Source: an uncultured Lachnospiraceae bacterium (GTDB lineage: Bacteria; Bacillota; Clostridia; Oscillospirales; CAG-272). Taken from it: a stretch of DNA of 64,000 nucleotides. A program made the translations under genes and the position numbers. Positions 26,264 through 37,088 of this stretch are shown here, in pieces. A model generated the notes under the pieces. It ran no database searches, was not told where the DNA came from, and worked only from the letters and a program-made list of their open reading frames with translations. Numbering within the stretch: position 1 is the stretch's first letter; every line of letters begins with the position of its first letter. The stretch is taken from contig CAZCJU010000002.1 in assembly GCA_964498965.1 (NCBI GenBank), forward strand, positions 3,798 through 67,797, given 5' to 3'.

Positions 26264-28773
26264 TGTTCATCGCAACGGTCAGTATCCTGTCGTTGCCCTA
26301 CGGAACGGATAACGAATACAGTTATATACTCGATGACCGAGCTGCGGCCGAACACATGAACGGAACGGAATTGCCCGACGTTGTCGGAATGTTTGCCGCT
26401 CTGCCGTTCGGTACGGGTAACCGGGAAACCGTGGGCCTTATTGTTGCCGTGCGTCGGGGCGGCGAAATGATAAAGGTTCTTAAAACAATACATTTTCTCT
26501 ACCAAAAGGAGTATTCCTTGGACGGTGAGTTGCTCGGCCTTTGTCGATATATCGCTTCGAATACCTTTTGTACGCTCGGCGACGTGGTAAGATGTGCTTT
26601 TCCTACCGCATTGCTCGGTCAGCTTGAGGACAGATTCGAAAAAACGGAAAAATCGCCCGAAGGCTTGAACATAAAACTGCAAATGCTGTATGATTATGTG
26701 GTGTCGAATCCGCAACTTTCGCTGGCAGAGCTTTGTGCCGAATTCGGCGATGAAGTGCAGGACGGACTTCGCTATCTTATCAAGGAAGGTTTTATCCGTG
26801 TTCAACCAACCGTAAAAAATGTCCCGACAATCAAGTATAAATGTATTTATTCGCTGAATATGCCGTATGATGAGGCAGTTCGAAATACGAAAAGCAAAAA
26901 AGCAAGACTTTTGGCGGAATACTTGAATACGGTCGCCTCGGAACAGGAAACATATATCAAAAAAGAGTATTCGCTCACCGGCAGAGAGCTTAAAGCCCTT
27001 TGTGATAAGGGAATACTGAAATCCGAACAGATCGAAGAATATAGAAATCCTTATATTTCATATGCGAAAACAGTCAAAAAAGACGATACTGTGCTTAATG
27101 ACGAGCAACAAAACGCATATGATACGATAAGCGGATTGCTCGATACCCGTAAGCCGCAGGCGGCATTGCTGTACGGTGTTACGGGAAGCGGAAAAACAAG
27201 AGTTATCAAAGCACTTTGCGATAAGGTGATAGCAGAAGGGAAAAGTGTTATTATGCTCGTTCCCGAAATATCACTGACTCCGCAGTCAACTGCGATCTTT
27301 TGTGCCTGCTACGGTGATCGAGTTGCCGTTATGCATTCCTCGCTTTCCGTGGGAGAACGCATAGATACGTGGAAACGCGTGAAAAGAGGACTCGTGGATA
27401 TGGTCATAGGCACGAGAAGTGCCATATTCGCCCCACTGTCCAATTTGGGAATGGTAGTTATAGATGAGGAACAAGAACATACCTATAAATCCGAAATGAC
27501 ACCGAAGTATCATGCGAGAGATGCGGCGAGATACAGATGTGCCGCTTCAAATGCGTTGATGCTCCTTGCGTCTGCGACTCCGAGCGTGGAGAGCTTCTAT
27601 AAAGCAAGTATAGGTAAGTATACGCTCGTCAGAATGATGAACAGATACGGAAGTGCCGGCGAGGCAAAAACGGTGCTTGCGGATATGCGTGTCGATGTGA
27701 GAAACGGAATAACCGATCCGATAGGCACGGAGCTTAAGAAAAAAATATTGGAAAATAAAATTTCGGGGAATCAAACGATACTGTTTTTGAACAGACGAGG
27801 CTATAACAGCTTTTTGAGTTGCAGAGAATGCGGTAACGTGTTGCTTTGCCCGAATTGCGATATATCGCTGACATACCATACCAACGGCTTCTTTTCCGCC
27901 GAAGCGGCACAACGCTTTGAAACTTCGTATACGGTAAGATCGAATAACGGCTATTTGATGTGCCATACCTGCGGATATAAAACTAAAATACCGGAAAAAT
28001 GCGAAAAATGCGGCTCGGAGCATATAGCGTATATGGGCTATGGCACACAAAAGATAGAAAACGATCTGAAGCAACTTGACCCGTCGCTTCGTGTGTTGCG
28101 TATGGATGCGGATACGACGGGCGGAAAGCTGTCGTATGAAAGAATACTTTCGGAATTCAAACAGGGAAACGCCGATATACTCTTGGGAACACAAATGGTA
28201 ACGAAGGGACATGATTTTCCGAACGTGACGCTTGTGGGCGTGCTTCTTGCGGATTTTTCTTTGTATGTAAATGATTACCGTGCGAATGAAAGAACATTTT
28301 CATTACTGACACAGGTAATAGGTCGTGCGGGAAGAAAGGATAAAGAGGGTGTAGCCGTCATACAAACCTTTAATCCCGAGCATGAAGTATTGTCCCTTTC
28401 CTCAAAACAGGATTATGACGCATTTTACAAGGGCGAGATCGCAATGCGTAAAGCCCTCGCTTATCCGCCGTTTTGCGATATGACCGTGTTTACGTTTTAT
28501 TCCGAAAACGAAAATATATCGCTTAAGCTGTCGTCTTCGTTCTATAATATGTTGCTTGAATTGCACGAAAAAGAGTATTCCGATGTGAAGCTCTTATTTT
28601 ACGGACCGTTTGAAGCACCCGTTTACAGAGTTAAGAGTACATACAGAATGCAGCTTATCTGTAAGTGCAAAATGAATAAAAGAACGAGAGAATTGTTTTC
28701 ACGCATGCTTTCCGATTTTATCAAGATCTGCGGAAAGGGCAGCGGCGTGAGCATTGACATTAACCCGATGTAA
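26263..28773 (+). CDS. priA: primosomal protein N' (replication restart helicase)
   Basis: The 836-aa ORF has Walker A GVTGSGKT, the DEEQ box VVIDEEQEH, a Cys-rich zinc-binding region (CRECGNVLLCPNC...CHTCGY...CEKCG), and the motif GTQMVTKGHDFPNVTLV. Confidence 0.9.
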   Translation: MFIATVSILSLPYGTDNEYSYILDDRAAAEHMNGTELPDVVGMFAALPFGTGNRETVGLIVAVRRGGEMIKVLKTIHFLYQKEYSLDGELLGLCRYIASNTFCTLGDVVRCAFPTALLGQLEDRFEKTEKSPEGLNIKLQMLYDYVVSNPQLSLAELCAEFGDEVQDGLRYLIKEGFIRVQPTVKNVPTIKYKCIYSLNMPYDEAVRNTKSKKARLLAEYLNTVASEQETYIKKEYSLTGRELKALCDKGILKSEQIEEYRNPYISYAKTVKKDDTVLNDEQQNAYDTISGLLDTRKPQAALLYGVTGSGKTRVIKALCDKVIAEGKSVIMLVPEISLTPQSTAIFCACYGDRVAVMHSSLSVGERIDTWKRVKRGLVDMVIGTRSAIFAPLSNLGMVVIDEEQEHTYKSEMTPKYHARDAARYRCAASNALMLLASATPSVESFYKASIGKYTLVRMMNRYGSAGEAKTVLADMRVDVRNGITDPIGTELKKKILENKISGNQTILFLNRRGYNSFLSCRECGNVLLCPNCDISLTYHTNGFFSAEAAQRFETSYTVRSNNGYLMCHTCGYKTKIPEKCEKCGSEHIAYMGYGTQKIENDLKQLDPSLRVLRMDADTTGGKLSYERILSEFKQGNADILLGTQMVTKGHDFPNVTLVGVLLADFSLYVNDYRANERTFSLLTQVIGRAGRKDKEGVAVIQTFNPEHEVLSLSSKQDYDAFYKGEIAMRKALAYPPFCDMTVFTFYSENENISLKLSSSFYNMLLELHEKEYSDVKLLFYGPFEAPVYRVKSTYRMQLICKCKMNKRTRELFSRMLSDFIKICGKGSGVSIDINPM

Positions 28774-28822
28774 AAGTGCCGAATGTTGGATAGAATATAA
28801 TTGAATATAAAGGAATGGTAAA

Positions 28823-29302
28823 ATGGCTGTACTTAATATCGTAAAAGAAAGAGAAGAAAATAACGAGGTGTTGCACCGTGTGTGTCGCCCGGTGGAAAAA
28901 ATAACGCCGAGAATATTGACTCTCCTTGATGATATGACGGAAACGCTTCATAAAGCAAACGGTTGCGGCCTTGCCGCTCCTCAGGTGGGTGTGCTTCGCC
29001 GCGTGGTGATAGTAGAAACGGAGCCGGGCGAGGTCATAGAGCTTATCAATCCAGAAATAATCGAGATGCAGGGAAGACAGCGTGAGGTAGAGGGTTGTCT
29101 TTCGCTCCCGAATGAGTGGGGAATTACAGAAAGACCTATGTGGGTCAAGGTCAAAGCCCTTAACAGACACGGCGAGGAAATAACGCTTGAGGGCAGCGGC
29201 TTGAAAGCACGTGCCTTTTGTCATGAGCTTGATCACCTGGACGGCGTGCTGTTTTGCGATAATGCGGTACGTATGCTTGCTCCGGATGAGATAGAGGTCT
29301 AA
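28823..29302 (+). CDS. def: peptide deformylase
   Basis: The 159-aa ORF carries the motifs GCGLAAPQVG, EGCLS and HELDHL. Confidence 0.9.
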   Translation: MAVLNIVKEREENNEVLHRVCRPVEKITPRILTLLDDMTETLHKANGCGLAAPQVGVLRRVVIVETEPGEVIELINPEIIEMQGRQREVEGCLSLPNEWGITERPMWVKVKALNRHGEEITLEGSGLKARAFCHELDHLDGVLFCDNAVRMLAPDEIEV

Positions 29303-29304
29303 TA

Positions 29305-30252
29305 ATGAGAATTCTTTTTATGGGAACGCCGGATATCGCAAGAGATATCCTGAAAGCCCTGCTCGATAACGGTCATGAGATCGTCGGCGTGTTTACACAG
29401 CCTGATAAACCTAAGGGCAGAGGCTACACGCTTACTCCGCCGCCGGTGAAGCTTTATGCACAGGAGCATTCCATACCCGTATATCAGCCGAAAAGCCTTC
29501 GGTGTGCCGAAGCCGCAGAACTTGTCGGTAGCACCGATGCCGAGCTTATAGTTGTCGTCGCATACGGTAAAATACTACCGGGCGAAATATTAACATTGCC
29601 GAAATATGGCTGCATAAATGTCCATGCCTCGTTGTTGCCGGAATACAGAGGCGCCGCCCCGATCCAACGCAGTATAATGGACGGGAAAAAAGAAACCGGC
29701 GTAACAACAATGTTTATGGACGAAGGACTTGATACGGGCGATATGCTTCTGACAAAAAAAGTCAATATAGACAATAATATGAATTGCCTCGATTTGACAC
29801 GGTTGCTCTCCGAAAAAGGTGCGGAAATATTGCTGGAAACAATAAAAATGCTTGAGAAAGGCACGCTTCGGAGAATTAAACAGGACGATTCAAAGGCAAC
29901 TTATGCGGCAAAAATAGAAAAAAGCGAATTGCAGATAGATTTTTCAAAAAGTGCCGAGCAAATACACGACCTCGTGCGTTCTGTGTATCCGTCGCTTGCG
30001 GCGTACACGTATGTGAATACACAAAAGGGAAGAAAACAGATAAAGCTCGCAAAAACCGAGGCGTTTGACTCGAATACGACCGCACGTGCCGGTGAAATAA
30101 TCGAGTGCGATGCGAAAAACGGCAAACTTGTTGTTGCCTGCGGTAAAGGAGTATTGTGGATCAACGAGCTTATACCCGAGGGAAAAAGCAAAATGGCTTG
30201 TGCCGATTTTATAAGAGGTCGTGCCGTCGCTAAGGGAGATGTTTTAGGATAA
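29305..30252 (+). CDS. fmt: methionyl-tRNA formyltransferase
   Basis: The 315-aa ORF starts MRILFMGTPD and contains NVHASLLPEYRGAAPIQ. It lies immediately after def. Confidence 0.9.
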   Translation: MRILFMGTPDIARDILKALLDNGHEIVGVFTQPDKPKGRGYTLTPPPVKLYAQEHSIPVYQPKSLRCAEAAELVGSTDAELIVVVAYGKILPGEILTLPKYGCINVHASLLPEYRGAAPIQRSIMDGKKETGVTTMFMDEGLDTGDMLLTKKVNIDNNMNCLDLTRLLSEKGAEILLETIKMLEKGTLRRIKQDDSKATYAAKIEKSELQIDFSKSAEQIHDLVRSVYPSLAAYTYVNTQKGRKQIKLAKTEAFDSNTTARAGEIIECDAKNGKLVVACGKGVLWINELIPEGKSKMACADFIRGRAVAKGDVLG

Positions 30253-30260
30253 TCGGATAA

Positions 30261-30959
30261 ATGAGTTATTATTACTACATTATTTTTATGTTGCCGGCAA
30301 TGCTCTTTGCTCTTATGTGCCAAGTGTCGGTGAAAGCAACGTTTTCAAAATACAGCAAAGTGTTGAATAAAAGAGGCATAAGCGGAGAAACGGCGGCAAG
30401 GATCGTTTTGACAAAGGGCGTTGACGGCGTGACCGCACATGATGTCAAGATAGCCTCCACAGAGGGCGAACTTACGGATCATTTCGACCCGAGAACAAAT
30501 ATAATATCACTTTCCAAGCCCGTATATTCGGCAACTACCGTTTCCGCTGTGGGTGTTGCGGCACATGAAGCGGGACACGCATTGCAATATGCGTCGGGAT
30601 ATTCCATGATGAAGCTCAGAGCCGCAATTATCCCCATGTGTAATTTCGGTGCGGCGGTATCTCCTTATTTGATCCTTATAGGTCTGGCGTTTGCAAACGA
30701 GTACCTGTATCTTATAGGAATAATCGCCTATTGTGCGGTCGCACTGTTTCAATTGGTAACATTGCCCGTCGAATTTAACGCATCAAGACGGGCATTGAGA
30801 GCAATAGAAAACTCGGCAATACTTACCGGCGATGAGATTGCCGGTGCGAAAAAGGTGCTGACGGCGGCGGCAATGACCTATGTTGCGGCATTGTTTTCTT
30901 CGTTTATGCAGATATTGTATTATTTAAGTCTGATGAATAACAGAAAGAATCGCAAATGA
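30261..30959 (+). CDS. membrane zinc metallopeptidase (YugP-like, peptidase family M-)
   Basis: The 232-aa ORF has an N-terminal TM segment, a HEAGHALQ zinc site and C-terminal TM helices. Confidence 0.7.
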   Translation: MSYYYYIIFMLPAMLFALMCQVSVKATFSKYSKVLNKRGISGETAARIVLTKGVDGVTAHDVKIASTEGELTDHFDPRTNIISLSKPVYSATTVSAVGVAAHEAGHALQYASGYSMMKLRAAIIPMCNFGAAVSPYLILIGLAFANEYLYLIGIIAYCAVALFQLVTLPVEFNASRRALRAIENSAILTGDEIAGAKKVLTAAAMTYVAALFSSFMQILYYLSLMNNRKNRK

Positions 30960-32254
30960 ATACAAGTGCAAGAGAAATAGCTTTATTGTCGCTTTGCAGA
31001 TACGAAAGAGAAGAAAAATACTCGAATATCGAGGCCGATGCGGCGATTAAAAAATTCAAGCTCGTCGGTGCGGAGAAAAAATTATATACGAAACTGCTAT
31101 ACGGCACGATCGAAAAAAAGCTCACACTCGATTATATAATTCAAAAGCTTTCATCGAGAAAGCTTGACGACCTGTCATTGCAAATGAAAAATATATTGCG
31201 TATGTCGATATATCAAATGCGTTATCTTGACAAGATCCCCGATAATGCTGCCGTTAATGAAGGCGTTGAGCTTGCGAAAAAATTTGAAAAACCCGCATCC
31301 GCATCATTCGCAAACGCAATATTACGCAGATATGCCGCAGACGGCGATAAGATCAAGCTGCCGAATAAGAGTGCCGGAGTAATCGAGTACCTGTCCGTTA
31401 ATTATTCCGTCGGATACGATATCGTAAAAGCGTTGACGGATTCGCTCGGCGAAAACGATGCCGAACTTATGCTGAAAAAAATAAACGACATCGAGCATTA
31501 TGTCACACTCCGTGTCAATACCCTGAAAACAACTCGGGAAGAACTGAAAGGTAAGCTTGCGGAGAATAATATCAAATGCGAAGAATGTAAAGCATCCCCG
31601 TTCGGCTTGCGAGTGCTATCCTATGTAGAAGTCCCCGCATTGCTCGCCATAGTCGGAAACGACGCATTTATAGAGGACGAGGCAAGTCAGCTTGCTGTCG
31701 CAACGCTTGATTGTAAGCCGAATTTCACAGTTGTGGATACTTGTGCCGCCCCCGGCGGGAAGACCGTAAGCTGTGCCGTCGAAATGAAAAACAGCGGCAA
31801 GATCTACGCATTCGATCTGCACGATAATAAGATAAAATTGATCGATAAAGCCGCTGAAAGGCTCGGAGTGACGATCATTAAAGCCGCTTGCCGTAACGGC
31901 AAGGATCCCGATGCGGAATTGTTCGGCAAAGCCGATCGTGTGCTTTGCGATGTGCCTTGCTCCAATATCGGAGTGATGGCGAAAAAACCGGAGGTAAGGT
32001 ATAAAAAGCTGTCCGATATCGATTCGCTTGTGCTGACACAACGACAAATATTGGAGCAAAGTGTAAAATACCTGAAAACAGGCGGAAAGCTTCTGTATTC
32101 GACTTGTACCGTCGATAAGAGAGAAAACGAGGAAAATATCAGTGACTTTTTGTCGAGTCACCCGAATTATTCTTTGGTATGCGAAAGGACCTTGACACCG
32201 CATAAGGACAACTGCGACGGATTTTATATAGCGGTGATAACGAAAAATGATTGA
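30956..32254 (+). CDS. rsmB: 16S rRNA (cytosine967-C5)-methyltransferase
   Basis: The 432-aa ORF has a NusB-like N-terminal domain and a SAM-methyltransferase core (VVDTCAAPGGKT and DRVLCDVPCSNIGV). The position after fmt is conserved. Confidence 0.85.
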   Translation: MNTSAREIALLSLCRYEREEKYSNIEADAAIKKFKLVGAEKKLYTKLLYGTIEKKLTLDYIIQKLSSRKLDDLSLQMKNILRMSIYQMRYLDKIPDNAAVNEGVELAKKFEKPASASFANAILRRYAADGDKIKLPNKSAGVIEYLSVNYSVGYDIVKALTDSLGENDAELMLKKINDIEHYVTLRVNTLKTTREELKGKLAENNIKCEECKASPFGLRVLSYVEVPALLAIVGNDAFIEDEASQLAVATLDCKPNFTVVDTCAAPGGKTVSCAVEMKNSGKIYAFDLHDNKIKLIDKAAERLGVTIIKAACRNGKDPDAELFGKADRVLCDVPCSNIGVMAKKPEVRYKKLSDIDSLVLTQRQILEQSVKYLKTGGKLLYSTCTVDKRENEENISDFLSSHPNYSLVCERTLTPHKDNCDGFYIAVITKND

Positions 32255-33284
32255 TATACTGTCGTTTGATAAAAAAGAACTCGAGGATTGGCTGATATCG
32301 TTAAAACAGCCGAAATACCGTGCCGCTCAAATATTCAAATGGCTTCACATGGGAGTTGATTTTGACGGTATGACCGATATACCGCTTTCACTCAGAAATT
32401 ATTTGAAGGAAAACGCCGAGATCCGTACACCCGCCGTCGCAAAAAAATTCGTTTCACATGACGGAACCGTGAAATACCTGATGAAATTGCATGACGGAGA
32501 AATAGTTGAAAGCGTGCTGATGAAATATAAACACGGTAATTCGGTCTGTATATCCTCTCAGGTCGGTTGCAGAATGGGATGTAAATTCTGTGCCTCTACC
32601 TTGAAAGGCATGAAACGCTCACTTTTGCCCTCCGAATTGCTCGGACAAGTGCTTGCGGTGCAGTGTGACAGCGGAGAAAGAATTTCAAATATAGTTATGA
32701 TGGGAATAGGCGAGCCGCTTGATAATTTCGATAATACGGTAAAATTTTTGCATCTTGTGAGCTGTGATGACGGAATAAATATCGGTACAAGACATATTTC
32801 GGTTTCAACTTGCGGTATCGTCCCGAAAATTTACGAGCTTGCACAAAAACAACTGCCGATAACGCTTTCAATCTCACTTCATGCCGTGAATGACGAAATG
32901 CGATCGAGTATAATGCCTGTAAATAAAAAATATAAAATTTCCGAGCTTCTTATGGCTTGCCGTGATTATTTTGAAAAAACAGGCAGAAGAATATCATTTG
33001 AGTATACTTTGATATCGAATGTGAACGACAGCGAGGACGAAGCGGTCAAATTGGCAAGGTTGCTCCATAGATATTTGGAAAATATGCCCGTACACGTCAA
33101 TTTGATACCGATAAACGAGGTAAAGGAAAGAAATTTCAAAAAAGGTACAGAGCTGTCCGTAAAACAATTTGCGGATAAGCTTAACGGTATGGGCGTAACG
33201 GCTACGGTGCGACGCAGCTTGGGAGGAGATATCAATGCCTCCTGCGGACAACTCAGAAATTCATACGAGGAACAAAATCGGTAA
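32247..33284 (+). CDS. rlmN: 23S rRNA (adenine2503-C2)-methyltransferase, radical SAM
   Basis: The 345-aa ORF contains PKYRAAQIFKWLH, the radical SAM cluster motif GCRMGCKFC and a C-terminal GGDINASCGQL. Confidence 0.9.
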   Translation: MIDILSFDKKELEDWLISLKQPKYRAAQIFKWLHMGVDFDGMTDIPLSLRNYLKENAEIRTPAVAKKFVSHDGTVKYLMKLHDGEIVESVLMKYKHGNSVCISSQVGCRMGCKFCASTLKGMKRSLLPSELLGQVLAVQCDSGERISNIVMMGIGEPLDNFDNTVKFLHLVSCDDGINIGTRHISVSTCGIVPKIYELAQKQLPITLSISLHAVNDEMRSSIMPVNKKYKISELLMACRDYFEKTGRRISFEYTLISNVNDSEDEAVKLARLLHRYLENMPVHVNLIPINEVKERNFKKGTELSVKQFADKLNGMGVTATVRRSLGGDINASCGQLRNSYEEQNR

Positions 33285-33331
33285 TTTTTCGATTTCGGTA
33301 AATGCCGGAGTAGAGCAAATGGAGATTATAT

Positions 33332-34093
33332 ATGAAATTATTCGGTCTATGCGACAAAGGAAAAACACGTGCGGTCAATCAAGATTCATTCAGAATCGAA
33401 GAGCTTTCGGACAGTGTTTGCCTTTGCACTGTATGTGACGGCATGGGAGGAGCAAATGCGGGCGATAAAGCAAGTACTCTTGCCGTGTACGTTTTTAATA
33501 CAACCGTAATACAAGTCTTAAAAAAGCACAGCGACGAGAACTATGTGCCGAGCATAAACGATATGCAGCTGCGTCGACTGTTTTTGTCGGCCGTGTCACG
33601 TGCAAATGCGGTGATCTTCGAGAAAAGCAGATCATCTTCCGAATTTGAAGGAATGGGTACGACCCTTGTTTCGACACTCGTTACTCCGAATAATATTTAT
33701 GCGGTAAACGTCGGCGACAGCCGCATGTACGGAATGAAAAACGGTATGCTCGAACAGATAACAAAAGACCATTCGTATGTGCAGTACCTTGTGGACGAGG
33801 GAGTTATAGAACCCGAACAAGCAAATAATCATCCGAAAAAAAACATCATCACAAGGGCAGTCGGAACGAATGATTATACAGAAGCCGATTTCTTCGTCGT
33901 CGAAAGGAAAAAATACGATAGATTGTTGCTTTGCTCTGACGGCTTGAGTAATTACGTCAATAACGATCAAATGTGCGAGATATTGAACGACGAGATCGGA
34001 AATGCGGTACATAGACTGATAGAAGCCGCAAACGAAAACGGCGGCGGTGATAACATTACAGCCGTGGCGGTTTCTTTGGAGGAGTGTGAATGA
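33332..34093 (+). CDS. stp: PP2C-family Ser/Thr phosphatase (Stp/PrpC)
   Basis: The 253-aa ORF contains the motifs NQDSF, DGMGG and DNITAV. It overlaps the downstream kinase gene by 4 nt. Confidence 0.85.
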   Translation: MKLFGLCDKGKTRAVNQDSFRIEELSDSVCLCTVCDGMGGANAGDKASTLAVYVFNTTVIQVLKKHSDENYVPSINDMQLRRLFLSAVSRANAVIFEKSRSSSEFEGMGTTLVSTLVTPNNIYAVNVGDSRMYGMKNGMLEQITKDHSYVQYLVDEGVIEPEQANNHPKKNIITRAVGTNDYTEADFFVVERKKYDRLLLCSDGLSNYVNNDQMCEILNDEIGNAVHRLIEAANENGGGDNITAVAVSLEECE

Positions 34094-36000
34094 TGGGCGA
34101 ATACGATAGATACGTCGGAAAAACTATAGACGGCAGATTCAAAATAGAAAAGGTGATCGGCAGCGGCGGTATGTCGGTCGTATTTAAAGCCGAGGACACC
34201 GTGCTGAATAAGGTAGTTGCCGTAAAATTGCTTAAAGAGGATAAGCAAAATGATCCCACTTATATCAGAAGCTTTATAAACGAATCAAAAGCGGTGGCAA
34301 TGCTTTCCCATGAAAATATAGTGCATATCTACGATGTGTCCGTCAAGGAAAAAATGCAATATATCGTTATGGAATATATTGAAGGCATAACGCTTAAAAC
34401 TTATTTGAAAAGAAAAGGCGGTATACTCGATTGGCGTGAAACGCTTTCAATCACCGAACAAATATTACGTGCGTTGGATCATGCACATTCAAAAGGCATA
34501 ATACACCGCGATATAAAGCCGTCGAATATAATGTTGCTTCGTAACGGATTGATAAAAGTCGCCGATTTCGGTATAGCCAAATTGCCCGAAAACGATACAA
34601 TGACCAATACGAACCGTGCAATCGGAACAGTGCATTATATCAGCCCCGAGCAGGCGAAAAGCGAACAAATAGATGCGAAAAGCGACCTGTATTCCGTTGG
34701 AATAATGATGTATGAGCTTGCGTGCGGAAAGCTTCCGTTTACCGGGGACTCACCCGTTTCCGTTGCACTTAAGCAAATCGGAGAACAGGCAGTGCCGCCG
34801 AGAACGGTAAATCCCGAATTGCCGATAGGTGTGGAACAAATAATCGTCAGGGCGATGGAAAAAAGCCCCGAAAGAAGATACCAAAGTGCAAAGGCAATGC
34901 TTAAACACGTAACCGCTCTTAAGGAAAACCCGAAATTGCGATTCAGGAATCCGAACGATGAAAAACATGATGAGGAAGAGGGCGAAACCGTCATCGTTCC
35001 GAATGATAAACACGTCGTTGTGGAGGGACGTTCCGTTTTGCCGATAATTCTCGGTGTGCTGTCATCGTTTTTGATAGTAGCCGTGATACTCGCTTTTCGC
35101 GTGTTCGATAAGTTGTCCGAATCCATGAATGATACGAATTCCAAAACCGTAGTGGTTGAGGATTATGTCGGCAAAATACTCGATGACAGCTTGCGTTCAC
35201 AGCTCGAGGATATGGGCTATCGCATAAAAGAATATACCGGTGCGGGTGATGAGGGAAGTATTCTGAACGAGATCGTCGAACAGAGTATCGCCCCCGGAAG
35301 CAGTGAAAAATATATCCCGAACGAAAAATATATTGATATTACATTCTATGTGTATAAAGGCTCGAATACGGTAAAATTGCCGGATTTCACTTACAGAGAA
35401 TACGCAGCCGTAAAAACCGAATACATGAATATGTATGATATAAAGGTGGAACGAATATACGATGACTACGTCCCGTCGGGATATGTTATCCGCACAGAGC
35501 CTGCGGCGGGAAGCGACGTTACAATCGGCTCGCAGTTGAAGCTTTATGTAAGTAACGGTGTCGATTCCTCGTCCGTTAATAAAGTGAAGATGAAAAGCCT
35601 CGTCGGAATGACATCGGCGGAAGCACGCAAATGGCTCGTAGATAGCGGCTTAAAGCTCGGATATATCAATTTCGAGGAATCTGCCGATTACGATAAGGAT
35701 ATTATCTCATACCAAAGCGTAAGCGTAGGCTCGGAGGTCGCAGAGGGTACGGCTGTTGATGTTACCGTAAGCCTCGGCAAATATATCATTATGATCGATA
35801 TGTACGGCATGAACGAGGACGATGCTAAACAGTGGATCGAAGATAACGGCTTGAAGCTCGGCAAAGTCAAATATAAAAAAGCCGATGAAAAGGATTATAC
35901 AGTGATCTACCAAAGCATTGAACCAAATGAAAGAGTCGAGGCGGGAACAAGCGTGGATCTGAATATCTGCTCGAATAGCGTTTTCGATTGGTTTTCGTGA
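34090..36000 (+). CDS. prkC: Hanks-type Ser/Thr kinase with a TM helix and extracellular PASTA repeats
   Basis: The 636-aa ORF has the kinase motifs GSGGMSVVFKA, HRDIKPSN and DFGIA. One TM segment is present (VLPIILGVLSSFLIVAVILAF). Several ~65-aa PASTA-like repeats follow. Confidence 0.9.
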   Translation: MMGEYDRYVGKTIDGRFKIEKVIGSGGMSVVFKAEDTVLNKVVAVKLLKEDKQNDPTYIRSFINESKAVAMLSHENIVHIYDVSVKEKMQYIVMEYIEGITLKTYLKRKGGILDWRETLSITEQILRALDHAHSKGIIHRDIKPSNIMLLRNGLIKVADFGIAKLPENDTMTNTNRAIGTVHYISPEQAKSEQIDAKSDLYSVGIMMYELACGKLPFTGDSPVSVALKQIGEQAVPPRTVNPELPIGVEQIIVRAMEKSPERRYQSAKAMLKHVTALKENPKLRFRNPNDEKHDEEEGETVIVPNDKHVVVEGRSVLPIILGVLSSFLIVAVILAFRVFDKLSESMNDTNSKTVVVEDYVGKILDDSLRSQLEDMGYRIKEYTGAGDEGSILNEIVEQSIAPGSSEKYIPNEKYIDITFYVYKGSNTVKLPDFTYREYAAVKTEYMNMYDIKVERIYDDYVPSGYVIRTEPAAGSDVTIGSQLKLYVSNGVDSSSVNKVKMKSLVGMTSAEARKWLVDSGLKLGYINFEESADYDKDIISYQSVSVGSEVAEGTAVDVTVSLGKYIIMIDMYGMNEDDAKQWIEDNGLKLGKVKYKKADEKDYTVIYQSIEPNERVEAGTSVDLNICSNSVFDWFS

Positions 36001-36002
36001 AG

Positions 36003-36938
36003 ATGTGTGAGATTTACGGAAAAGTAGTCCTCGGTGTCGGAGGAAAATATAACGTCTGCGTAAAAGACACGGATGAAATAATCGAAAAGTGCCACGCACG
36101 CGGCGTGTTCAAGCACGATAAAATACGTGTGTTGCCGGGCGATGACGTAAAGCTTGATAATGTGGGCGGTGAGTATTGCATAAGCGAGGTCTTGCCGAGA
36201 AAAAACGTGCTGATCCGTCCGCCTATGGCAAATCTTGACATCATATTCGTTACACTCAGCATAAAAAGCCCGTTACCGGATACCGTATATGCGGACAAGT
36301 TGTGTGCGATATCAATATATAATAAGATAAAGCCCGTGATAGTTATCACAAAAGCAGAGCTTGATGAGCTAAACTCGGAAGAATTGAAAAACGTATATAA
36401 CAAAGCCGGTTTTGATGCATTTGCGGTTTCTTCCGAAGAGAATATCGGAATCGATGAGTTTAAATCATACGTCGGTAATTGCCTTCGTGATAAAACGGCG
36501 GCATTTTCCGGTGCTTCGGGAGCGGGAAAATCAACCTTGATCAATAAACTGTTTCCGTCTTTGATGTGCGAGGTCGGCGAAATCAGTAAAAAAATCGAAC
36601 GAGGCAAAAACACCACGAGAAAAATTCAGCTTTTCAGACTGAATAACGGTGCTTTCCTTGCGGATACTCCGGGCTTTTCCATGCTTGATTTGGAACGCTT
36701 CGAATTTTTCTCGATAAGCGATCTGCCGTACCTGTTTCCCGAATACGAAGAATATCTTTTCGGTTGTAAATATAAAAAATGCACCCATACAAAAGAGGAA
36801 GGATGCAGGATAATAGAAGCGGTGAAAAACGGCGAATTGTCACTTTCACGCCATGAAAGCTACGTTAAGATATTCAATGACCTTAAAGAGAAAAAACAGT
36901 GGGAGCATAAGGGCGAAGAGGAACATATTAAAATTTAA
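36003..36938 (+). CDS. rsgA: ribosome small-subunit-dependent GTPase A
   Basis: The track ORF starts at 35988. I prefer the ATG at 36003, which lies after the prkC stop. The circularly permuted GTPase shows ITKAEL, GASGAGKSTLIN and DTPGF, plus a C-terminal zinc knuckle (CKYKKCTHTKEEGC). Confidence 0.85.
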   Translation: MCEIYGKVVLGVGGKYNVCVKDTDEIIEKCHARGVFKHDKIRVLPGDDVKLDNVGGEYCISEVLPRKNVLIRPPMANLDIIFVTLSIKSPLPDTVYADKLCAISIYNKIKPVIVITKAELDELNSEELKNVYNKAGFDAFAVSSEENIGIDEFKSYVGNCLRDKTAAFSGASGAGKSTLINKLFPSLMCEVGEISKKIERGKNTTRKIQLFRLNNGAFLADTPGFSMLDLERFEFFSISDLPYLFPEYEEYLFGCKYKKCTHTKEEGCRIIEAVKNGELSLSRHESYVKIFNDLKEKKQWEHKGEEEHIKI

Positions 36939-36973
36939 TGTGCTATTTCATGTAAGCTCAAAACGAATAATAG

Positions 36974-37013
36974 AAAAAAGCTAACCGATTCGTAAAGATC
37001 GATTAGCTTTTTT
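36974..37013. terminator. bidirectional rho-independent terminator between rsgA and clpX
   Basis: An A6 run precedes the stem agctaaccgat / atcgattagct (11 bp, one mismatch), which is followed by a T-run. Confidence 0.55.
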
Positions 37014-37088
37014 GTGGATCTCAAATGACTTGCCGCATTCGTCGCACAAATGACGGTTAAAAGTAAATAGATCCTTGCATTTGAGAGA